Positions 10,693 through 22,134 of a stretch of DNA of 64,000 bases are shown here, piece by piece. The notes below the pieces were generated by a model. That model was not told the origin of the DNA, did not search any database, and worked only from the letters and a program-made list of their open reading frames with translations. Position numbers and translations under genes: made by a program. Origin of the DNA: Eukaryota sp. GEM-RC1 (lineage: Eukaryota); the NCBI GenBank assembly GCA_040285855.1, contig JAUFOQ010000002.1:3286001-3350000 (forward strand), in the 5' to 3' direction. Each line of letters begins with the position of its first letter. Position 1 is the stretch's first letter.

Positions 10693-13600
10693 GGCCAAAG
10701 AAAAAAATCCAGCGTTCTCAAATTGTTTAATCGATTTGAAGGACAGTTCTTCAGTTGCTTTGATCAACCAAATTCCACAGATTTATGGATTGTTGTTGAA
10801 CGATCATCAATGAACTGCAACATTTATACTTCGATGTTTCTTGTGGCCCTCTAATTTACCTAATTATCTTCAATGTAAATCTCTTGAAATCAAAAATTCA
10901 CAAAATAGTGATTCTGATAAGACTTTTGGTAAAAGAAGAGCTGATGTAATAGTTCCATCAGTCAATGATGAACTAACGGTTGTTGTTGTAATTACTGTGG
11001 ATGTTTGCAAAGAACGTGCATTTAAGGATGCTAAAATGAAGTGTCTCCACTTGAATTGTCAGAACAATACAAGGGAAACAAGTATGATGTACCATTGACT
11101 GCTCTCAAACATACTAGACATGTTGAGTACGAATTATGTCCATTTGCAATTTCAATTTATGGGGCCAAATCACAAAATCCAGCGTTCTCAAATTTTTTAA
11201 TCGTATTGAAGGACAGTTCTTCAGTTGCTTTGATCAACCAAATTCCACAGATTTATGGATTTTTGTTGAACGATCATCAATGAACTGCAACATTCATACT
11301 TCGATGTTTCTTGTGGCCCTCTAATTTACCTAATGATCTTCAATGTAAATCTCTTGAAATCAAAAATTCACAAAATAGTGATTCTGATAAGACTTTTGGT
11401 AAAAGAAGAGCTGATGTAACAGTTCCATCAATCAATGATGAACTAACGGTTGTTGTTGTAATTACTGTGGATGTTTGCAAAGAACGTGCATTTAAGGATG
11501 CTAAAATGAAGTGTCTCCGCTTGAATTGTCAGAACAATACAAGGGAAACAAGTATGATGTACCATTGACTGCTCTCAAACATACTAGACATGTTGAGTAC
11601 GAGTTATGTCCTTTTGCAATTTCAATTTATGGGGCCAAATCACAAAATCCAGCGTTCTCAAATTGTTTAATCGATTTGAAGGACAGTTCTTCAGTTGCTT
11701 TGATCAACCAAATTCCACAGATTTATGGATTGTTGTTGAACGATCATCAATGAACTGCAACATTTATACTTCGATGTTTCTTGTGGCCCTCTAATTTACC
11801 TAATTATCTTCAATGTAAATCTCTTGAAATCAAAAATTCACAAAATAGTGATTCTGATAAGACTTTTGGTAAAAGAAGAGCTGATGTAATAGTTCCATCA
11901 GTCAATGATGAACTAACGGTTGTTGTTGTAATTACTGTGGATGTTTGCAAAGAACGTGCATTTAAGGATGCTAAAAATGAAGTGTCTCCGCTTGAATTGT
12001 CAGAACAATACAAGGGAAACAAGTATGATGTACCATTGACTGCTCTCAAACATACTAGACATGTTGAGTACGAATTATGTCCATTTGCAATTTCAATTTA
12101 TGGGGCCAAATCACAAAATCCAGCGTTCTCAAATTTTTTAATCGTATTGAAGGACAGTTCTTCAGTTGCTTTGATCAACCAAATTCCACAGATTTATGGA
12201 TTTTTGTTGAACGATCATCAATGAACTGCAACATTCATACTTCGATGTTTCTTGTGGCCCTCTAATTTACCTAATGATCTTCAATGTAAATCTCTTGAAA
12301 TCAAAAATTCACAAAATAGTGATTCTGATAAGACTTTTGGTAAAAGAAGAGCTGATGTAACAGTTCCATCAATCAATGATGAACTAACGGTTGTTGTTGT
12401 AATTACTGTGGATGTTTGCAAAGAACGTGCATTTAAGGATGCTAAAATGAAGTGTCTCCGCTTGAATTGTCAGAACAATACAAGGGAAACAAGTATGATG
12501 TACCATTGACTGCTCTCAAACATACTAGACATGTTGAGTACGAGTTATGTCCTTTGCAATTTCAATTTATGGGGCCAAATCACAAAATCCAGCGTTCTCA
12601 AATTGTTTAATCGATTTGAAGGACAGTTCTTCAGTTGCTTTGATCAACCAAATTCCACAGATTTATGGATTGTTGTTGAACGATCATCAATGAACTGCAA
12701 CATTTATACTTCGATGTTTCTTGTGGCCCTCTAATTTACCTAATGATCTTCAATGTAAATCTCTTGAAATCAAAAATTCACAAAATAGTGATTCTGATAA
12801 GACTTTTGGTAAAAGAAGAGCTGATGTAATAGTTCCATCAGTCAATGATGAACTAACAGTTGTTGTTGTTGTAATTACTGTGGATGTTTGCAAAGAACGT
12901 GCATTTAAGGATGCTAAAAATGAAGTGTCTCCGCTTGAATTGTCAGAACAATACAAGGGAAACAAGTATGATGTACCATTGACTGCTCTCAAACATACTA
13001 GACATGTTGAGTACGAATTACGTCCTTTTGCAATTTCAATTTATGGGGCCAAATCACAAAATCCAGCGTTCTCAAATTTTTTAATCGTATTGAAGGACAG
13101 TTCTTCAGTTGCTTTGATCAACCAAATTCCACAGATTTATGGATTTTTGTTGAACGATCATCAATGAACTGCAACATTCATACTTCGATGTTTCTTGTGG
13201 CCCTCTAATTTACTTAATGATCTTCAATGTAAATCTCTTGAAATCAAAAATTCACAAAATAGTGATTCTGATAAGACTTTTGGTAAAAGAAGAGCTGATG
13301 TAATAGTTCCATCAATCAATGATGAACTAACGGTTGTTGTTGTACTTACTGTGGATGTTTGCAAAGAACGTGCATTTAAGGATGCTAAAATGAAGTGTCT
13401 CCGCTTGAATTGTCAGAACAATACAAGGGAAACAAGTATGATGTACCATTGACTGCTCTCAAACATACTAGACATGTTGAGTACGAGTTATGTCCTTTTG
13501 CAATTTCAATTTATGGGGCCAAATCACAAAATCCAGCGTTCTCAAATTGTTTAATCGATTTGAAGGACAGTTCTTCAGTTGCTTTGATCAACCAAATTCC

Positions 13601-14458
13601 ACAGATTTATGGATTGTTGTTGAACGATCATCAATGAACTGCAACATTTATACTTCGATGTTTCTTGTGGCCCTCTAATTTACCTAATGATCTTCAATGT
13701 AAATCTCTTGAAATCAAAAATTCACAAAATAGTGATTCTGATAAGACTTTTGGTAAAAGAAGAGCTGATGTAATAGTTCCATCAGTCAATGATGAACTAA
13801 CAGTTGTTGTTGTTGTAATTACTGTGGATGTTTGCAAAGAACGTGCATTTAAGGATGCTAAAATGAAGTGTCTCCGCTTGAATTGTCAGAACAATACAAG
13901 GGAAACAAGTATGATGTACCATTGACTGCTCTCAAACATACTAGACATGTTGAGTACGAATTACGTCCTTTGCAATTTCAATTTATGGGGCCAAATCACA
14001 AAATCCAGCGTTCTCAAATTTTTTAATCGTATTGAAGGACAGTTCTTCAGTTGCTTTGATCAACCAAATTCCACAGATTTATGGATTTTTGTTGAACGAT
14101 CATCAATGAACTGCAACATTCATACTTCGATGTTTCTTGTGGCCCTCTAATTTACTTAATGATCTTCAATGTAAATCTCTTGAAATCAAAAATTCACAAA
14201 ATAGTGATTCTGATAAGACTTTTGGTAAAAGAAGAGCTGATGTAATAGTTCCATCAGTCAATGATGAACTAACGGTTGTTGTTGTAATTACTGTGGATGT
14301 TTGCAAAGAACGTGCATTTAAGGATGCTAAAATGAAGTGTCTCCGCTTGAATTGTCAGAACAATACAAGGGAAACAAGTATGATGTACCATTGACTGTTC
14401 TCAAACATACTAGACATGTTGAGTACAAATTATGTCCTTTTGCAATTTCAATTTATGG
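10693..14458 (+). repeat. Tandem array of 8 x ~471-bp endonuclease-derived monomers
   Basis: WPSNL ORF starts at 10841, 11311, 11781, 12252, 12721, 13195, 13665 and 14137. Confidence 0.97.
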
Positions 14459-14719
14459 TCAACTTGGTAAAAAGCTCTCTATTTTCTCTCTGATTTTGAG
14501 AAAGTTGCCAAAAAACAGAATGAACAAGAAATTTGATTTTATGTTTCAGTTTGGTTGAATCGTATCGTTTTTACAATATTTACAACAATTCCTATTATGA
14601 TATCAAAAGCTCTTTTAGCTCTCAGTATTTTTTATGACGAAAAAGCTTATGTGAGTTTTAATGGCATTGACTGTTGCTTTAATGTTATTGAGTTCTAGTT
14701 CTTCTGTATATCTTCTCAA

Positions 14720-14885
14720 AAAGTTGATAAAGGCTCATCCAGAGATTTAGGACTTGCACATGGCAGGAATTTGATCTCTGACAGCATCATTAATACAAGT
14801 TCCATAAGTAATGAAATTATTGCAACTCAAAAGGTGAGAAAATGTAACTAATTTACCACATTTACATTGAAGATCATTAGGTTAC
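14720..14885 (-). pseudogene. Inverted lineage-B zinc-knuckle fragment (representative; recurs in almost every macro-unit)
   Basis: The minus strand reads PNDLQCKCGKLVTFSHLLSCNNFITYGTCINDAVRDQIPAMCKS, a CCHC knuckle plus an RHD-equivalent helix. Confidence 0.8.
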
Positions 14886-16385
14886 TAGTATTTGTGTTTA
14901 TCTTAGTGTTTTTGTTCCATAAACAAAGAGTTGCTTTAATGATATTGAGTTCTAGTTTTTGTGTTTTTCTTCCTGTTTTTGTTCCATAAAGTGGATAAAG
15001 ACTCAGCAAGAGATTTAGGACTTACACATCTGACAGCATTGAGAATGCAAGTTTGAATTGTGGTTACAACTCAAAAGGAAAAACGGGGTTTATGATCAAT
15101 CAGTGAAATCAATGCATTTGCAGAAATTGATAACTAACAGACACTAACTAAAGTATCTAAACTATGGTTCTTCTGTCCATTTTTTTTGAAACGAATGATT
15201 TATTCTAAATGTAATAGACAATAACACATCAGTGTAAATACATCTAGTAATCAATATCCTCAAAGTCCAGATTGCCTAACTGGAAATTTTCACCTACCTT
15301 ATCTGCCAAGAGAAAATAAAGCGCTAGATACAGAAGTGACCTTTAAAGATAACAAACACGATTCGATTTTTCCAAAATGTAAGATCAAAAGTCCTAGATG
15401 TTTTTTCTTTTACAATTTCATAGTTTGTACGAAGGTTACCTTATTGGGTGCCGAATAAACATGTTTCATCTTCACAAAGATTTCAAGTAATAAGTAATAG
15501 TAATCTTCTGTCCATCACCGAACAACTTACCTAAAATTGAATTAAAATATCTGTGAATTAAACAAAAGGTGAGAAAAAGTAACTACAATGTACTGTAATT
15601 GGCCATTCAATATCAGATTCCATCAGATGCCATTTCATACTACCGACATACTTCAGACATTCAAAATGTTTCAAAAGGTGTTTTTGGAGTTTCTTAAGAG
15701 CAAATTTCGAAGCAGTGATACATCGTTCTGGCATTTCACATATACCAGCTCGGAAACAAGTTTGCCAAAGGTCAGGTGAAATTAACGACAATTCTTTCAT
15801 GGCATCACTAGTAGCTTAATTTGACCTGATTCATGTTGCATTTTTGATGATCTTTGCTTTTATCGAACAAAAACTGGAACTCAACAACATTAAAGCAAAC
15901 TCGTCACGCTAAAAAATTGTTATTCAGGAAAAGTAACTCATCTGCTTCGCTCTCTCCCCCTGTACTTATCTATAACTCCTGTGGAAGCTTTACCAATTCG
16001 AACTGACTTTCTTGCATTTTTGTTATCAGTGCATCCTGCTGCATTGAACAATCACATCTTCATCTTGGTGGTATTGGTTTCACTTCGTCTAAATGGTGGA
16101 CCAAATCTACTTTCATTGGTGGTGGAAAGAATTTTGTCTTTGAGTTCTGTAGACGTTACCCAAGTCAAGAAAATCTTCTTGTTTCGACAAGTAGTTTTTT
16201 CTTGGTAAATTTGAGATCCTAATTATCGCTAATTTCACCTGGCCTCTGGCAAACTTGTTTCCAAGCAGATATTTGTGAAATACCGGAACGATGTGTCACT
16301 TCTTTAATTTTTGGTCCTAAGAAACTCCAAAAACACCTTCTAAAACATTTTGAATGTCTGGATTTTCAAATTCGACTTGGCTCGG

Positions 16386-16551
16386 TTTTGGTTGAATCGT
16401 ATTGTTTTTACAATATTTAAAACAATTCCTATCATGATTTCAAAAGTCTGAGTGTTTTTTATGAAGAAAAAGCAGATGTGAGTTTTAATGGCAATGATTG
16501 TTGCTTTAATGATATTGAGTTAAAATCATAAAAAACATATAGGAAAAAAAA
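16386..16551 (+). mobile_element. 5'-truncated lineage-B retrocopy with A-tail inserted into lineage B (representative; in most macro-units)
   Basis: Flanked by the direct repeat ACTTGGCTCGG (16375-16385, 16552-16562) and ends in GGAAAAAAAA. Removing it restores FQIRLGSAKEKNPAF. Confidence 0.85.
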
Positions 16552-18455
16552 ACTTGGCTCGGCCAAAGAAAAAAATCCAGCGTTCGCAAATTGTTTAATC
16601 GATTTGAAGGACAGTTCTTCAGTTGCTTTGATCAACCAAATTCCACAGATTTACGGATTGTTGTTGAACGATCATCATTGAACTGCAACATTCATACTTC
16701 GATGTTTCTTGTGGCCCTCTAATTTACCTAATGATCTTCAATGTAAATCTCTTGAAATCAAAAATTCACAAAATAGTGATTCTGATAAGACTTTTGGTAA
16801 AAGAAGAGCTGATGTAACAGTTCCATCAATCAATGATGAACTAACGGTTGTTGTTGTAATTACTGTGGATGTTTGCAAAGAACGTGCATTTAAGGATGCT
16901 AAAAATGAAGTGTCTCCGCTTGAATTGTCAGAACAATACAAGGGAAACAAGTATGATGTACCATTGACTGCTCTCAAACATACTAGACATGTTGAGTACG
17001 AGTTATGTCCTTTTGCAATTTCAATTTATGGGGCCAAATCACAAAATCCAGCGTTCTCAAATTGTTTAATCGATTTGAAGGACAGTTCTTCAGTTGCTTT
17101 GATCAACCAAATTCCACAGATTTATGGATTGTTGTTGAACGATCATCAATGAACTGCAACATTTATACTTCGATGTTTCTTGTGGCCCTCTAATTTACCT
17201 AATTATCTTCAATGTAAATCTCTTGAAATCAAAAATTCACAAAATAGTGATTCTGATAAGACTTTTGGTAAAAGAAGAGCTGATGTAATAGTTCCATCAG
17301 TCAATGATGAACTAACGGTTGTTGTTGTAATTACTGTGGATGTTTGCAAAGAACGTGCATTTAAGGATGCTAAAAATGAAGTGTCTCCGCTTGAATTGTC
17401 AGAACAATACAAGGGAAACAAGTATGATGTACCATTGACTGCTCTCAAACATACTAGACATGTTGAGTACGAATTATGTCCATTTGCAATTTCAATTTAT
17501 GGGGCCAAATCACAAAATCCAGCGTTCTCAAATTTTTTAATCGTATTGAAGGACAGTTCTTCAGTTGCTTTGATCAACCAAATTCCACAGATTTATGGAT
17601 TTTTGTTGAACGATCATCAATGAACTGCAACATTCATACTTCGATGTTTCTTGTGGCCCTCTAATTTACCTAATGATCTTCAATGTAAATCTCTTGAAAT
17701 CAAAAATTCACAAAATAGTGATTCTGATAAGACTTTTGGTAAAAGAAGAGCTGATGTAACAGTTCCATCAATCAATGATGAACTAACGGTTGTTGTTGTA
17801 ATTACTGTGGATGTTTGCAAAGAACGTGCATTTAAGGATGCTAAAAATGAAGTGTCTCCGCTTGAATTGTCAGAACAATACAAGGGAAACAAGTATGATG
17901 TACCATTGACTGCTCTCAAACATACTAGACATGTTGAGTACGAGTTATGTCCTTTTGCAATTTCAATTTATGGGGCCAAATCACAAAATCCAGCGTTCTC
18001 AAATTGTTTAATCGATTTGAAGGACAGTTCTTCAGTTGCTTTGATCAACCAAATTCCACAGATTTATGGATTGTTGTTGAACGATCATCAATGAACTGCA
18101 ACATTTATACTTCGATGTTTCTTGTGGCCCTCTAATTTACCTAATGATCTTCAATGTAAATCTCTTGAAATCAAAAATTCACAAAATAGTGATTCTGATA
18201 AGACTTTTGGTAAAAGAAGAGCTGATGTAATAGTTCCATCAGTCAATGATGAACTAACAGTTGTTGTTGTTGTAATTACTGTGGATGTTTGCAAAGAACG
18301 TGCATTTAAGGATGCTAAAAATGAAGTGTCTCCGCTTGAATTGTCAGAACAATACAAGGGAAACAAGTATGATGTACCATTGACTGCTCTCAAACATACT
18401 AGACATGTTGAGTACGAATTATGTCCTTTTGCAATTTCAATTTATGGGGCCAAAT

Positions 18456-20633
18456 CAGGGCTCTTCAAAAAATAATTGCATTTTGCAATTATTGCAATAA
18501 CACTGTATTGCAGTATTGCAATACAGTATTGCAACTGGTTCGAATATTGCAGTACGATATTGCATGTTGTTTCGTTATTGCAGTTATTGTAAGCAATACT
18601 CAGCCAATTGCCGAAACCGTTTTATTGTCATTTTAGTAGTGTGGTGTACTTAAAGCATATATTAAAAAAATTAGCTGGTGTTGTGAATATCAGTTTATAA
18701 AACAACAGTAAGATGATTATCTTGAAGAGACGAATTTTGTCAGCTAAATTTCTCTTTGTATGACCCTGCGAGTAAAAGAAACAAATTCTGAACCAACTCC
18801 GGCACAACGATCGAGGGCATATTTTATCGAACTCGATACTGAAACAGCTGAGGTTCAAAACTTTCTCAGCAAATCACCAGTAAGAGATCGAGATGATGTT
18901 GAAGTATGGAAATGTAGATGTGGTGTTTTTCGTACTAGAAAGCCGAACAGTGGCTGGTCGAATCTCTCATCCCATGTTGTATCAGAACATGTTGATTGGA
19001 GAACGGAAACATGGCAATTGCTTAGAGAAGCGGACTCAAATCAAGATATCTCAAGGATCTTTATTCCATGCAAAACGAAGCGTTACTATTCTTGGTTGGA
19101 CTGGGTTAGTGAAGGCCTACCCTTTTCAGTTGTTGAATCTGAAGTTACTCGTTGCTACACCAATCTCCAACCTATCTGTTTCAACACGTTTGTCGACCTC
19201 TTTGACTGCCTTAAGGAACATATGTATCATCAGTTGGAATCTCTACTTGGGTCATGCTTTGCGCTCATTATCGATGCTTGGAAAAGTCCGTCCACAAATC
19301 TTCATTATCTCGGAATCTTTGCCATGAATCGTTCTCTCTCATCCCCTGTCTTTCTATCACTGTTGCCCTTTGAGGCTGAAGCTGGCTCCACTGTCTTCGA
19401 TAGAATGTTTGGCACAGATGCAGTGATAAACTTGATTGAACATTCTCTTGCAATGTTCAACAAATCCTTGGCAATGGTTGCTTGTATCGTAGCAGACAAT
19501 TGTCCGACAATGAAAGCCGTAGCCACCAGAATTTCGTGTGGATTTGTAGGCTGCGCTTCTCATCGGTTTCAGTTAGGAGTACGGCAGTTCACTTCTCATT
19601 TAGACACTGTCTTCAGAAAAATCAACACTATTATGAAACTGCTTTCTGAACCAAAAAGGGCAACTGTTCTAAACGGTTTCACGAAATTAAAGCCCAAAAA
19701 GCGGAATGTCACTAGATGGCACTCGACTGAAGCAATGGTTAGACGCTATATAGAACTGAAGGATTCCATTGTCAAGATGATTGTTGAAGCTGCAGATCAA
19801 GAATTGTTGCAATATTTGCCATCCTCTTTTGAGGAACCAGTTCTTCTACAAGCATTGAATGATCTTGAAAATCTTGCATTTGTGAGTTTACAACTCCAAC
19901 GAGAGGATATTGATATGCTAAGTGTACAAAGATTGTTTGCTTCCACTATTGATGTATACTGTCAAGAAAACGAAAATCCAGAGCTCAAGGAACACCTGAC
20001 ATATCCTGCCTCTTTACGTGCCAGATATCCTGAAAACCAGGTTCACTTTGAAACGGCAGTTCTCAAACTGCTTCGTAGAGGCGAATGTTTAACAGAAGAT
20101 GAAAAGAAATGGGTCCAGTGTTTCATTGAACACCCAAATGCTGAGCCAAGAGCAGGCGAGAGACGCCTTGCCTCCATAAAAGACGTTTTCAGTCAGAAAA
20201 CAATCGAAGAAGGTTCAACTTATCAAGATCTTTCCTGGATTCCTCCTACATCTAACGTCGTTGAAAGACTTTTTAGTCGTGTCCGATTTATTCAAGGATT
20301 GAATCGTCATTCTTTGAGTCAAGAACGTCTCGAAACTCAAGTGTTTTTGTCCATCAATAGACATCATTGGGATATGCAATTGGTAGCCAAAATGATTGTT
20401 GATCGAAAACTAGATTTGTAATCAATAGATTGATATAATGGTATGCATGTCGAATTTATTGAAACATAAATGTAGCACTTAAGCAGCAAATTTGTTAAAA
20501 AATATTGCAGTACAGTATTGCAAATGTACCAATTATTGCAATACAGTATTGCAACTAAACCAGTTATTGCAATACAGTATTGCAGCAACAAAAATTTTCA
20601 CAATATATTGCAATTATTTATTGAAGAGCCCTG
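18456..20633 (+). mobile_element. hAT DNA transposon, family 2 (apparently autonomous)
   Basis: 25-bp TIRs CAGGGCTCTTCAA(A/T)AAATAATTGCA with one mismatch, a duplicated target (G)GGCCAAAT, and TATTGCA subterminal repeats at both ends. Confidence 0.97.
18760..20421 (+). CDS. hAT transposase, intact, 553 aa
   Basis: BED-like finger (WKCRCG...LSSHVVSEH), IIDAW, VADNC, GCASH, TRWHST and PPTSNVVERLFS, with no stops or introns. Confidence 0.95.
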   Translation: MTLRVKETNSEPTPAQRSRAYFIELDTETAEVQNFLSKSPVRDRDDVEVWKCRCGVFRTRKPNSGWSNLSSHVVSEHVDWRTETWQLLREADSNQDISRIFIPCKTKRYYSWLDWVSEGLPFSVVESEVTRCYTNLQPICFNTFVDLFDCLKEHMYHQLESLLGSCFALIIDAWKSPSTNLHYLGIFAMNRSLSSPVFLSLLPFEAEAGSTVFDRMFGTDAVINLIEHSLAMFNKSLAMVACIVADNCPTMKAVATRISCGFVGCASHRFQLGVRQFTSHLDTVFRKINTIMKLLSEPKRATVLNGFTKLKPKKRNVTRWHSTEAMVRRYIELKDSIVKMIVEAADQELLQYLPSSFEEPVLLQALNDLENLAFVSLQLQREDIDMLSVQRLFASTIDVYCQENENPELKEHLTYPASLRARYPENQVHFETAVLKLLRRGECLTEDEKKWVQCFIEHPNAEPRAGERRLASIKDVFSQKTIEEGSTYQDLSWIPPTSNVVERLFSRVRFIQGLNRHSLSQERLETQVFLSINRHHWDMQLVAKMIVDRKLDL

Positions 20634-21555
20634 GGGCCAAATCACAAAATCCAGCGTTCTCAAATTTTTTAATTGTATTGAAGGACAGTTCTTCAGTTGC
20701 TTTGATCAACCAAATTCCACAGATTTATGGATTTTTGTTGAACGATCATCAATGAACTGCAACATTCATACTTCGATGTTTCTTGTGGCCCTCTAATTTA
20801 CTTAATGATCTTCAATGTAAATCTCTTGAAATCAAAAATTCACAAAATAGTGATTCTGATAAGACTTTTGGTAAAAGAAGAGCTGATGTAATAGTTCCAT
20901 CAGTCAATGATGAACTAACGGTTGTTGTTGTAATTACTGTGGATGTTTGCAAAGAACGTGCATTTAAGGATGCTAAAAATGAAGTGTCTCCGCTTGAATT
21001 GTCAGAACAATACAAGGGAAACAAGTATGATGTACCATTGACTGCTCTCAAACATACTAGACATGTTGAGTACGAATGTCCTTTTGCAATTTCAATTTAT
21101 GGTCAACTTGGTAAAAGCTCTCTATTTTCTCTCTGATTTTGAGAAAGTTGCCAAAAACAGAATGAACAAGAAATTTGATTTTATGTTTCAGTTTGGTTGA
21201 ATCGTATCGTTTTTACAATATTTACAACAATTCCTATTATGATATCAAAAGCTCTTTTAGCTCTCAGTATTTTTTATGACGAAAAAGCTTATGTGAGTTT
21301 TAATGGCATTGACTGTTGCTTTAATGTTATTGAGTTTTAGTTCTTCTGTATATCTTCTCAAAAAGTTGATAAAGGCTCATCCAGAGATTTAGGACTTGCA
21401 CATGGCAGGAATTTGATCTCTGACAGCATCATTAATACAAGTTCCATAAGTAATGAAATTATTGCAACTCAAAAGGTGAGAAAAAGTAACTAATTTACCA
21501 CATTTACATTGAAGATCATTAGGTTACTAGTATTTGTGTTTATCTTAGTGTTTTT

Positions 21556-22134
21556 CTTTATTAAAAACATTAAAATAAACACAAATACTAGAATTCAATA
21601 TCATTAAAGCAACAATCATTGCCATTAAAACTCACATCAGCTTTTTCTTCATAAAAACACTGAGAGCTAATAGAGCTTTTGAAATCATGATAGGAATTGT
21701 TTTAAATATTGTAAAAACAATACGATTCAACCAAAATTTGAAATCAAATTTCTTGTTCATTCTTTTTGACCACTTTCTCAAAATCAGAGAGAAAACAAAG
21801 AGCATCTCTACCAAGTCGACCATAAATTGAAATTGCAAAAGGACATAATTTGTACTCAACATGTCTAATATGTTTGAGAGCAGTCAGTGGTTCATCATAT
21901 TTGTTTCTCTTGTATTGTTCTGAAGAATTCAGTGGAGAAACTTCATTTTTAGCATCCTTGAATGCACTTTTTGCAAACATCCACAGTAATCACATCAACA
22001 ACGGTTAGTTCATCATTAACTGATGGAACTATAACATCAGCTCTTCGTTTACCAAAAGTCTTATCAGAATCACTATTTTTGAATTATTGGTTTCCAGTGA
22101 TCTCAACAGGTGCTCAACGAAAGATTCGATTTTA
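21556..22134 (-). mobile_element. Inverted young lineage-B 3' end (~580 bp)
   Basis: The minus strand reads IESFVEHLLRSLETNNSKNSDSDKTFGKRRADVIVPSVNDELTVVDVITVDVC...CPFAISIYGRLG...DIEF*, then a UTR with AATAAA. It is absent at the equivalent site near 14910. Confidence 0.9.

Larger units (their letters stand above)
16561..21102 (+). repeat. Tandem array of 5 monomers interrupted by hAT family 2
   Basis: ORF starts at 16709, 17180, 17651, 18122 and, after the hAT, 20783. Confidence 0.95.

Noticed and set aside
10811..10813. Alternative genetic code (TGA or TAA as sense) suggested by in-frame stops in the monomer, hAT1 and hAT4
   Set aside because: The intact 553-aa transposase uses TGG for Trp and ends in TAA, and the host gene also ends in TAA. 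Isolated stops in dead elements are better explained as mutations.
11781..12224. The many 60-148 aa ORFs (MWPSNL..., MRAVNG..., MKELSL..., MEALPI...) as a tandem gene family
   Set aside because: They mostly start at non-ATG codons inside retrotransposon fragments or are antisense shadows; there is no evidence for independent genes.
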